Shown in pieces: positions 24,740 through 35,828 of a stretch of DNA of 41,773 bases. The stretch's first letter is position 1, and every line of letters begins with the position of its first letter. The notes beneath the pieces were generated by a model. It ran no database searches and was not told the DNA's origin. It saw nothing but the letters and a program-made list of their open reading frames with translations. The DNA comes from Streblomastix strix (lineage: Eukaryota), in contig SNRW01000018.1 of the NCBI GenBank assembly GCA_008636045.1, positions 1 to 41,773 on the forward strand, in the 5' to 3' direction. Position numbers and translations under genes: made by a program.

Positions 24740-26142
24740 TCATATTCCCTACTGTTGTGGCAATGGATTAATAACTGTAATTTGTGTTCTGGGCTTAACA
24801 AGTTTTAAAGTATAATCATAATATGGAACATTACTGAAGGAACTTCCTCCAAGACTTCTATCAAGATTAAATTCTAATTAAAAGTAAAAAAAAATAAGAA
24901 AGAAAATAGGATAAAATATATGAAATTAACTAGAATAATAATAATAATATGATATAGTATAATAATAACCTCCTTTTTTCCCTGCAGTCCCAAATGTAGC
25001 CATTGGTTCGTGTCTTGTTGTACACTAAATAAAGTATATATAATAATATATTTATTATAAATTATTAATTACATATATTTAACAGCAAACATCTAATTTT
25101 GGATCATAAAACAGATCATTACGCGCATTTGGAATTAATCTGTGCATAATAATTGGTTAATCTCTGAAAAGAAGATAAAAATAAAGTGAAGACATTAAAA
25201 TATTAAATATAATAGTAATATTAAATTTTTGTTACCTTCCAGATATTTTCTTAAGTTCTGTCTTTGGAATATGTGGATCTATTCCATTATATGCTACACA
25301 TTATGCCAATATATAAAAATTATAAATATTACAATAATAAAATAGCAATTAAATATTTCATTATTCATAAACATTACATACAATAATAATAATTTTGTTT
25401 ATACCTTATTATTTTGAATACATTTTATCAATGGGCGCGTCATTCCATTTTAGTGGATCAACATACTCTCTTGTTGGTACTACTCCAAAATCCTGATTTG
25501 ATATTGAAGAATGATAAATTGCAGAATATAAAATAATTTATGAAATATAATAAAATATTATCAACGATAGCTAATTAAAATTAATAATTTATTATTACCT
25601 AAATGTTAATATGCTATCTTGTTCCTGCAGCTACAAGTGCTTATCCTTCTCCATCTATTATAAAATTAAACAAATATAATCATTTATATTGTTACAAAAT
25701 AAATTAATAAAATAAATTATGAATAAATAACAATATTACCTCCAGGATTAAGTAAGGTTGGCATTACAAGAGCTAAAGGAACATTATTTCCTATAAATAA
25801 TAAATAAATAAATGAAAAATACAGAAAAATAAAAACGATAAATTAAACATAGAGTGATTAAAATAAATTTAATAATTTTTAAAATATTATTTAGATTTAA
25901 TATAAATACCGTGTTGTAATTTAAGTGAATGTGAAAGATTAGGAGGATTTGAATATGCTCTTGGAACTGGTGCACGTCTGGAGTCTGTATCAAAGAATTT
26001 AAAAATAATTTGTAATTGTGTAAATTGAAATTAAAAAAATTGATTAATTCAAATATTTCAATAGTAAATAAATATACTTGAAGTGTTCTTTCTTAAAGAG
26101 TTTCTAAGTGTTTATGATTCTGAATGTTGATCGGGATTATAA

Positions 26143-26185
<43 letters not shown>

Positions 26186-28761
26186 GAAATTTATTAATAA
26201 TAAAATAATCCATATGAAAACAAACGTTTAATTTAAAATTTATTAAATAATCTTTGAAAATAAATTAATTGATTCATACTTTCATTTTATCCTTCTTATT
26301 ATTCAGTCTGTTTCACTTATCCACTCTCTCCCATCAACTGAAAATCTCTTTCTTTCTCTTTTTATTAATAAATCTACTCTAACCTTTGATTTTCTTTCTG
26401 TCTTTCTAATTATTATTCTTTCTATGCTTCTGAGAGAGTCAGTCCCAAAGCTGCTGATTAATCTGGTATGTGATCTATTTCTGATGTTAATCCTGGCAGA
26501 AGAGCAGGTCTACCTGCTGTTACAAAGAATGGGACCTATGAAAATATGAATAAGAATTTAGAAAGAATATAAATTATGAAATAATAATTGATTTATATTA
26601 ATGTGTGATTAGAAATGATGCGAATATAAACATGAAAAATATATAAACAAACTGGTTATTGGAAGTGTATTCTTGTGGCATCAATCTTTACATCATACAT
26701 TTCAGCTGGAAGGAGATTACCCTACAAAATTAACCATATAAATATTAATCATATAAAAAATTAATAGTTAATATTATTATTAATAAAAATATTTAATTTA
26801 TAGTTTTAATTTATCAAACATCTTAATCAGTAACTGCATTTGGGGGCATTGTATGTTTAGGGGGTTTTCTAGCAAGTGAAAATGCTGGATTCTAACATTC
26901 ATAATTTTAAATAAATTATACAAAGAATAAAATAATAAAGTAATATTTATATAAGAATAAATAGATAAATAATTAACCTTTGGTTCTCCAAATTTGAGAG
27001 AATAATCAGTTCTAGGACGAACAGGAACATCAATCTATTTAATATAATAATAAATAACACAAAATTAATATTTATTTTATTGCAATTAAATCATTAAAAT
27101 ATTAATTAAAATTTATTTTAATATAATTAATATAATTATTTACCTTTTATGTGTCTTTATCTTTATCAGTTGAAGTATTGTAGACTATTGTTGGAGGAAA
27201 TAAAAGATTTGAAAGAGCTGGAGTTCCCATTGTATACGCTAATTATGCTGTTGGTTAAGATCTGACCAAAATAGTTAAGATAAAGGAAATATAATATTGA
27301 TAAATGATTAATAGAATATTCAAATTAAACCTTCGTTTGCTTTACACTTAATCATTAACATTATAACTAACATCTGTCATCTTTACCTAATAAATATATT
27401 AAATATATTAAAATATAAATATAAATATAAATATAATCTTATTTATATAATTTAACTCATTTATCTTTATTAATCTCATTATCTAAATTCACAATATTAT
27501 TTCTCTTTATAAATTCAAACACACCTTCCCAAACATTCCACCAGAGTTCTGAGTTGAAGTGCAGATTACTGAATGATCTCGAGTTGATTCAAGTTTCATA
27601 TTAGAAAGTACCATATTAGTTTTTGGTGCTACTGCATTGAAGTCTGGGTCATAAAGATGATCAATCTTATAATGAATATGCAAAATAAATTAATAAATAG
27701 AATGTAAAGTATTAGTTCATATATACCATTACAGGATTGCTCCTTATTGATGCCTTGGCATCTCTTCCAGAGTTTGGCATTGGTAGAGCTAGTGTTCTTG
27801 GTTTATGTGTATTGCTCTCAATATTCGTTTCATGAGTAACATAGAAGTCTTCTTTACAATCTGAAGGCGTTTCCCATTTCATTCTTTAATTCTTAGTTAT
27901 AAATGAAGATGTTAATGATAGTCTGGGGAGTTTAGTTGAATTATCTATGGGTTATCCTTATTGTTCTTCAGTATTAACTTAATCAGGACGTAGTTTATAG
28001 TTGTATGTCTGTAGCATACTTCGTTAAGCTGAATTAGATTTACTTCTTTAAGTGTAATCATATTATGTTCGATCTGGTTCCTAGTGAATTGTGAAGTCAC
28101 GGCCTGTTCCCATAAATGAAGGAGAGTATTTAGCTTTTGGATTCGGCATATGTCTAAAGGAAATTAAATGAAACAAGAGGATAAGAAATTTTAAATAGGA
28201 ATAAAACAGTATAATTATTATTTAAGGAATAAACTGTTATGAATCAACAACAGAGTAATTAATTGTATATCGTCCGACTCCTGGATTCTCTTTTGAGGCC
28301 CTTTGTTCGGGAGATACATAATAATCACGATTTGGAGCCAGAAAAGAAGAAGATTTTCCTTTTCTAACCTAATTCTTTTGAGGTTTTTCTTCTGAAAAGA
28401 ACAATAAGAAATGCAATTTAGAGAATTGTATAATGAATCTTGTAAAATAGTATCATACATGCTGGTTTCTCGAATATCTGAACAACTTTTGTTATTGTAT
28501 TTGCTAATGTTAATGATCCTCCATCAGCTGACATTGATTTAATCTTCTCATCGTACTCTTTGCTGACTTAGCGTGGATGATATTCAAACTCAGCTCCTAG
28601 CAAAATAATAGATGAAGAAATAAAATAGAATCCAAATAGAAAATTATACGTTTTTAAGCTTCCAACATCGCACCAACCGCATTAATTTTACCCTACCGAC
28701 TTGTCATTGGTGGTCCTACAAGAGTTTTCCCACGCAATATCTACTTGATAGAGCGATTCAT
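24740..28761 (-). CDS. 20-exon low-complexity repeat protein, SHIPPO/STPG-like, possibly flagellar microtubule-associated
   Basis: Unbroken spliced frame from ATG 28761 to TGA 24742-24740 with GT-AG introns. PGVGRYTINYS plus recurring Tyr motifs (LYDPDF, SYNVND, MYDVKI, FYDPKL, YYDYTLKLVKPR). Confidence 0.7.
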
Positions 28762-28931
28762 TGTTCACCTTACTAAAGTGTAGTTTTTAGATATAGAACA
28801 CAAAAAATAGATTTTATTGAGTTATTGTAATTTCTCGCGCAAATTGAGTTTATGTGAAGAGCGTATAATAAATTTGATAAAATAAAATAAAATACTACAT
28901 ATTTAAATTATTATATACTATGAAAATAAAC

Positions 28932-29385
28932 GGTGGACTGTGAGCAGTTGTGAATAATTTAGCTAGTAACTATTATAGAGGTTGTCGATTTTTGATATAA
29001 TTTGTATATAAATATATAGTCTATAATTATTATATAATAGTTTACTATTTTGAAATTAGTCAAATTTTGCATTTTTAGGTAATTTTTTATTTACTGGTTT
29101 TTAAGTAATTTTAGCTTATTTTGCTTAATTTGTGTTTCTCATTAATTATTTTGATTAGAGTCTAAAAATAATGAGCTTTGCGTGCCTTTATCGAACATCA
29201 TTTACCCTTAAAAAGCCTAAAATTTAACTCCAAGGCTAACCACTTTCGCCATATGTATATAATAAACTATTATATATTTGTTATGTACTATATAATTATA
29301 TATATTTTATATTAAAAATCGTCATCCTCTATAATAATACCTTACCAATAATATTTACAAACTAACTCTGCATTGCAGTCCATTC
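28932..29385. repeat. Degenerate foldback or MITE-like element with ~90-bp imperfect inverted arms
   Basis: tattatagaggttgtcgatttttgatataa (~28971) pairs with ttatattaaaaatcgtcatcctctataata (~29307). Outer tggactg pairs with cagtcca. Confidence 0.6.
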
Positions 29386-29573
29386 TCTGCATGCATTTAT
29401 ATTTTATTGCTAACTAATCTTATTGAAAAAAATTATAAAATTATTAGATAATAAAAAAGATAAAATTAAAAAAATATTACAAAAACTGAAAAAGACATCC
29501 ATTTACTGCTCAGATTCCTCTTTTGATGTTCTTATTTTCTATTCTGTGTATGCTGAAGTGCTTGAGTTTGCTT

Positions 29574-30344
29574 TCACTTATACATCTAGTCAATCGCAGT
29601 TCTTATTTTATCTTCTGGAAAGTTCTCAAAATTATAATATTGTGGAACATATTCAACCAGCCATTCAAGTTCAATTTCAGTTACAGTGCGAATGAAATTC
29701 TACTTCGTTAGAACACATTCGCTGTAAATAGCCCATGTTTTTTTATTTATTTTAGCAACAATTACATCTGAATCTAAGTTTACATATAATTCATCTACAT
29801 TTTGCACCGCTCTGTCCTTGAGTTACTTTGCAATTTGTTCAATAATCGCTCATTTGAAAAATACCTAGATATTTGATGCAAATTATGCTTTTTCTTTATC
29901 GTCAGTAATCGAGCATTCTTTTATAAGATTAGTTTTGTAATGTTTGCAAAAGCGTTTGTTGCAAGATGGTGATGGCCGCCCAACATCATCTGGGAATCTC
30001 TGAATCATTGAGACAAACTTTAAAACAACAGAAATTTGATAGTAACGTTCGAATAAGCATTATTCAATTGAATATAACATTTTTGCAACATCCGCTCCTG
30101 ATGGGGATCGGAACTCTTGTTCCATTTCTTTGATTAATTCTGCAAATTTATCATAAGCTTTTCTACGTAAATAAGATTCTTATCTACAGCCATTACCTCC
30201 AATATAAGCTATACCTATAATGTAGCAATGTACAATGATATATAATACTTGTGCTGTAACTCCTAGATCACGGAAAATTCTGTTTATTTCTCCTTGAAAC
30301 AAAAATGCTGCTTTAATCACCCTTTCGAACAATGTGCCTTGCAT
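29574..30344 (-). pseudogene. ORF with a Prp43/DHX15-like C-terminal OB-fold and no helicase core; in-frame TGA at 29852-29850
   Basis: TWAIYSECVLTKQNFIRTVTEIELEWLVEYVPQYYNFENFP parallels the DEAH-helicase OB_NTP_bind C-terminus. ATG at 30344. Confidence 0.7.
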
Positions 30345-31092
30345 TCTCACAGAAGATGTAGAGTTTAAATTCCTCTTACTCGAAATTTATGTTTCATTTC
30401 AAATTTTGAATTTAATATAACTAAAAAATATAAAAAATGAAATATTGATCAGATTTTTCTGATAAAAATTTTTGAAAAAATTATGACTATTTGAGCTGGA
30501 GATATATTTTTTTTTATTTTCAAGTACATAACCAATTTATTAATTTTCTTTAATATAAAATTTTGTGGAAAAATTTTTATACAATTTTATTATATTTTAC
30601 ATTTCAGTTTTATGGAACTATTTTTTATTGCATTATATCAATCAAAAAAAATAATTAATTAAATTTGATTCTTGTTCAATTGCAAATTTATAGTTAATTT
30701 TAATTGAAAAACATTCGTGAAAAATCTTAAAGTTTAAAAAATTATAATTTTATTAAATTTTTCAATTTAATTTAAAGATTCTATATGGATTATGATAATA
30801 ATTTTATATATTTATTTAATTAATAAAATACTATAATTTTCATTCATGTTTAAATTAATTATTTTAGGTAATATTATAAGAATACGTTTAATTATTATAA
30901 AATTTTTCTTACTATTAATTATTAGCAATTTTCAATTATTAAATATAATTATACTGATAGTTATTTAAAATTAAATTTATTAATTATTTTAAAATTAATA
31001 TTTAAAAAATCATTTATTGTTTTTCTATATTTAAATTTACAATAAAATAATATTTTTTATTCAACTAATTCTAAAATAATTTTAAAAAACAA

Positions 31093-31165
31093 GCTCGAAT
31101 AGCTCAGTTGGAAGAGCGTTGCTATGATAAGGCAACGGTCGCAGGTTCAATCCCTGCTTCGTGCA
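31093..31165 (+). tRNA. tRNA-Ile, anticodon GAT (loop ATGATAA)
   Basis: Cloverleaf GCTCGAA TA GCTC AGTTGGAA GAGC G TTGCT ATGATAA GGCAA CGGTC GCAGG TTCAATC CCTGC TTCGTGC A, followed by a T5 Pol III terminator. Confidence 0.9.
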
Positions 31166-32443
31166 TTTTTCTTTTCATTTTGAATAAAAACAAATATAAA
31201 AATAATTATTTTTTATCAAAAAAAACAATAATAGGTATTTATATTAATGACAAATTTATTAATCAAATCTTTCTTTCATTTTTAATCGTGTTCAACAGCT
31301 ATATTCATCCATGAATATTATTTTATATTTTTATCAAATATTCCATATAAATATGAGAAATAATATTAGTAGTAATGATAAATTAAAAATTTAGAGAATA
31401 CAAACAATAAAAATTAAAATCAAGTAAAGATTATGAATCAACTAGATCAAACTTATGGTCAAAAAGTATAAAATGTAATTATTTGATTAAAATTTAAATA
31501 AAAATTTTTTGAAATAAATAAAACTATTGTATAAAAATAAAGATATAAATTAAAAATAAAATAAAAATAGTAAATTATTTCTATAGAATGAAAAATATAA
31601 TTATAAATAAAATGACTATATCATCAAAACTACACATGAAAAATTATTTCCCTTCAATCAGTTTTAAGTTACCAAGGCTTAATAGATATATAAATAAATT
31701 TATTAGTTTTATATAAAGTAAAATTAAATTTTTTCATTTTAAATTCTAAATATTCCTTAAATTTAAATTACAAATAAATATTATTAAATTGTAATAAAAT
31801 ACTAAAGAAAATTTTTCATAAATCTGTTTGAAATAAAAAAATACTTAAAGCGTATAGAAGAATTTCAATTAAGAAATTTAAAATTCTATTTTTATTCGAT
31901 ATATTTTATGAACTGATTTAAATTTTATATTACGGTGGTTCGTTTAAACGTGAATGTCTGAAACCCGTGAAAGAAAAACTAATTTATAAAATTATTAACT
32001 TTTTAATTTTTTAGAAAAATGAAATTAGAAGTATATAAATAAATAATACAACGAAAATTGCTGAAAAATTGAGAGAATTTAGTAGAAAAATTATTTTCAA
32101 ATTTAATGAGTAAAATGACACACCAACTTAAAAAAAAAAGGGCGATATCAAAAATATAGGGATGTTTACATTCCAATAACCTTTAAAAATAATTTCATCA
32201 AATTAATAATTTCGTTTTAAATATATTAATTATTAATCAAATTTTAAATTAATAGCATTATAAATAATTAAAATATAATTTAAAGTTTGTAATTAAAATA
32301 TTTTTTTAATATATTTTTAATTATTTAATTTTTATAAATTAAATATTACAAAATTAATGATTTATAAAAATAATAATTTTTTTTTAAATTTTGGTAAAAA
32401 TAAATATTTGTATATATGCTTTTATTCAAAATGAAAAGAAAAA

Positions 32444-32516
32444 TGCACGAAGCAGGGATTGAACCTGCGACCGTTGCCTTATTAGAGCAACGCTCTTCCA
32501 ACTGAGCTATTCGAGC
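32444..32516 (-). tRNA. tRNA-Ile, anticodon AAT (loop CTAATAA)
   Basis: Same cloverleaf as 31093-31165 except at positions 32 and 34. T-run terminator downstream. Confidence 0.93.
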
Positions 32517-34059
32517 TTATTTTTTATATTTGTTTTAGAATTAGTTGAATAAAAAATATTATTTTATTGTAAATTTAAATATAGAAAAACATTAAACGAT
32601 TTAATAAATATTAATTTTAAAATAGTTAATAAATTTAATTTTAAATAACTTTCAATATAATTATGCTTAATAATTAGAAATTGCTAATAATTAATAGTAA
32701 GTAGAATTTTATAATAATTAAATGTATTCTTTTAATATTACCTAAAATAATTAAAATATAGATAAATGAAAAATTAATTATTACTAATTTATATTTAAAT
32801 GTAAATATTTTCATAATTTATATAGAATCTTGAAATTAAATTAAAAAATTTAGTAAAATTTTAATTTATTGAACTTTAAGATTTTTCTCTAACATTTTTC
32901 AATTATAGCTAACTGTAAATTTTTAACACAATAATTAATTAATCTATTTTTGAATGTTATAACGTTATATAAATTAATTGTATAAATATATTTTCTTTAA
33001 ATCATATATTCAAAAAAATTAGTAAATTTGATATTTAATTAAAATTAAAAAAAAAACATGAATAATTTTTAATTAAACAATAACTTAAGAAGTAGCATTA
33101 TTAACGACATATATTGATGAATAAAAATCCACTAGATTGTTTCATACAATAGATAGTAACTACATATTTCTTTGAATAAACGATATCAAATCTTTTTTAA
33201 GAAAAATGGACAATTAATGATTGAATTATAATTTTTGTGATCAAAACCTCAAGGAAAGCAAATTTCACTGAAGAAAAATAGAATGAAGAAATCAATAAAT
33301 AAATAAAAATTATTAAGATTTTAATTTAATAATTTAGATAAGAAAATAAATGTGTGCTTATAAAAAAAATTAGCTGTATTATGACTTTTTAATTTAATAT
33401 TTTTTTTAAAAAATTTAAATTATAAAATATTTTTTTTAATTATAATTGACTTTATTTATTAATTTCAAATTTTTTTTTCTTTTAAATTTTTTTAAATATA
33501 TTTTAATATCTTATGTTTCTTTATCTGTAAACAATTTAGGTTCTTTTATCTAAATTAAATGTTGTTATTTCTTAAAATTAAATTTTTTCTATTATCAATT
33601 ATTCACTAATTATAAATTTTTCATTGTTTTGGTTATTGAATTTATTTTTATTTAACCGTATTCTTTCTGATTATGTAAATTTCTATTTTTTATCTAAATT
33701 TGCTGATCATATTAGTAAAAATTATGAAAATAACTTGAAGAATTTATTATTATTTAACAGTACTGCAGCTTTTTCTTTAAATCCATTTTTGATAATTTGT
33801 TATATTATATACAATTATGATAGAAACAAGAAACTGTGAAAGCTTATCTTAAACAAATTAAATTTTTAATTAAACCTGAAATTATTGTTCAAATAATTAA
33901 CTTTTCAAAATAATTTTATATTTTTTATATTTTAAAACATAGAAAATTAATATTTAATTCAAAATTCATATATGAATGGTTTAGAGATGGAAGAATTTGA
34001 ATTTTAATACAAAATAATATTTATTAAAAATCTGATGAAAAGCATGTTAGTATTTATTA

Positions 34060-34409
34060 ATTCAACTAAATTTTGACTCTTTTTTTTATACTCTTATGCT
34101 GACATAATGACAAATGCCAATAAATCATAACCTAATTGTTCGTTGAAATCAGTCTCCTCCCGAGAAAAGCAGTTTACCAGGTATGTAAATTTCAATCCTT
34201 GTGTTGAATAACTAAGCTATGGAGCCAAACAGGCAGCCGTCACCCCACTCACCGTCAATTGACATCCTCTACGCATAATCTTCTAAAGATTCATACTCAT
34301 AGAAAAAATCTCTGAGTTCATTTGTATGTTCAAGAAGATTTTGGACGATCATTGTTCCCAGTATGTGCACATCATGTCAAATTCCACCAAACTGATCATT
34401 CATTGCACA
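34060..34409 (-). pseudogene. OTU-family cysteine protease fragment, 5'-truncated
   Basis: AMNDQFGG...YESLEDYAQRMSIDGEWGDG..SIAQLFNTRIEIY...IRL*FIGICHYVS matches the OTU WG and HY motifs. The catalytic DGNC segment is missing and there are three TGAs. Confidence 0.75.
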
Positions 34410-34439
34410 ATTTAAGGTTTACAATAATTGAAATATAAT

Positions 34440-35545
34440 ATTTAATAATCAATTAAATTTTTAATTTATTTTACTAAATTGCGTACAGAAATAGGCAGTT
34501 TCCTGCTCCTCCGCTATTTCTAATTGTACCCATCCTTCTCCAATTGCTCAGTTAGTAGGTCTAGATCAATTAATATATCTTATTTTGTTTCCTTTCTATT
34601 ATTTCTTTTATATGGTCTTTAATTAAAAGATTTAATGAATTCTTTTGATAAAAACATAGATGGAAGTTTTGTTGATAATGATATGTATTTGGATACTGAT
34701 GAAGTGGCTTGCTTTGTAGATTCTATTGTCAGATTTGAAGCAGAGATCGAGGTATTTACTCTTTTTCTTTTTATTCCATTTCCTAAATTTTTATTGTTTT
34801 CTATTTCATCTTCGGTTTGTGATCCTCTTTTTCTTTTTGTTGCAGTTAATATTGTTGCTGATACTGTTCCTGATCCCGAGCTTCTGCCATTAGGGAAAAC
34901 AGGATCATCATTATTTTGTGTAACTTCGTTCCTATGAGATGCACGCTCAGGCACTCTGGGTCAGATGCCAGTGCACTCAAAACTGGACATTCTACTAGAA
35001 GAAATCGATGCCATATAATACGTTTCAATAGCTGCCTAAACGCACATTAAACGTTTCTCACTCGATTCCAGTGGAGGTGCACGAGATCTTTTCTTCGTTT
35101 CTTATTCATTAATCTAATTTCTATTCATCTATCTTGTTTATCTTAGTAACAGTTTCTTATAATGACGTCTAAATTACTTGAATACAATCGAATCTAATAG
35201 TTGAAGAATATGCCTTAGGGCTCCAGGGAATATAATAATAGATACCCCTTCTCCTAGTAGTAACTCTGACGCTGTTTAATCCAAACGAAACTTATGCTCA
35301 TCTAAGAAAAGCACTATTCGCGCATTTTCGTAAAAATAATTACTTTTTTTCTACTATCCTATCCACTCATAGAACATTCTAGTTCATCTTCTAAATAGCA
35401 AAAGGTTCAAGAATCCGCTGTCAGACACATCAAACTAACAGTTCTCTGTAGCTGGTAATTGGAGAAGAATCTCAGAAACTTTTTTCAGTAAATCTATAAT
35501 AAATGGAGTTGGAGGTTAATAATATATATGGACTGCACCACAGTC
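34440..35545 (-). pseudogene. pogo/Tigger-like DDE_1 transposase remnant, 5'-truncated
   Basis: SDSGFLNLLLFRR*TRMF...IVLFLDEH...IIIFPGALRHILQLLDSIVFKQFRRHY...FECTGI*P. TGAs at 35386 and 34963. Confidence 0.75.
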
Positions 35546-35547
35546 TA

Positions 35548-35692
35548 CTAATTCTGCCGCGCTATTTGTACTCATAATCTCCGCACCAATTTACTATCAA
35601 CACTAAGGCTCATTTCTGCCATGGAAATTGTACTCATAATCTCCACGCCAAATTACTATACCTCAAATCTTCATAATCTCCACGCCAAATGA
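35548..35692. repeat. Direct repeats of TCATAATCTCCACGCCAAAT (3 copies, ~61-bp period for the first two)
   Basis: Copies at ~35573, ~35634 and ~35672. Confidence 0.75.
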
Positions 35693-35828
35693 CAATACAA
35701 CAAATGACGTATATTTATTTACGACATGAAGTAATTTTTATCACGGTATTTATGCCAACAAATCCTATGACAAAACGAACCCAATCCATTAATATGATAC
35801 ACATTTATCATTAAAAATATCAGTATCA

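Larger units (their letters stand above)
30684..32925. repeat. Inverted duplication with arms ~30684-31215 and ~32395-32925, each containing a tRNA-Ile gene
   Basis: Flanks are reverse complements, e.g. tttttctatatttaaatttacaataaaataatattttttattcaactaattctaaaa vs ttttagaattagttgaataaaaaatattattttattgtaaatttaaatatagaaaaa. Confidence 0.9.

Noticed and set aside
26144..26182. (AAT)n microsatellite as a polyQ coding tract
   Set aside because: It lies in an intron of the minus-strand gene and is a simple repeat.
31931..32180. TACGGTGGTTCG... as a possible transposon TIR in the spacer between the tRNA arms
   Set aside because: I could not identify a matching inverted partner.
32444..32516. Reading the minus-strand tRNA as a CTA (UAG-decoding Gln) tRNA
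   Set aside because: The canonical 5-bp stem and 7-nt loop place AAT at positions 34-36, and the body is Ile-like. CTA is out of register.
33060..33900. Possible ORFs or an inverted repeat in the very AT-rich stretch
   Set aside because: No recognisable motifs, and the similarity does not clearly exceed AT-rich background.
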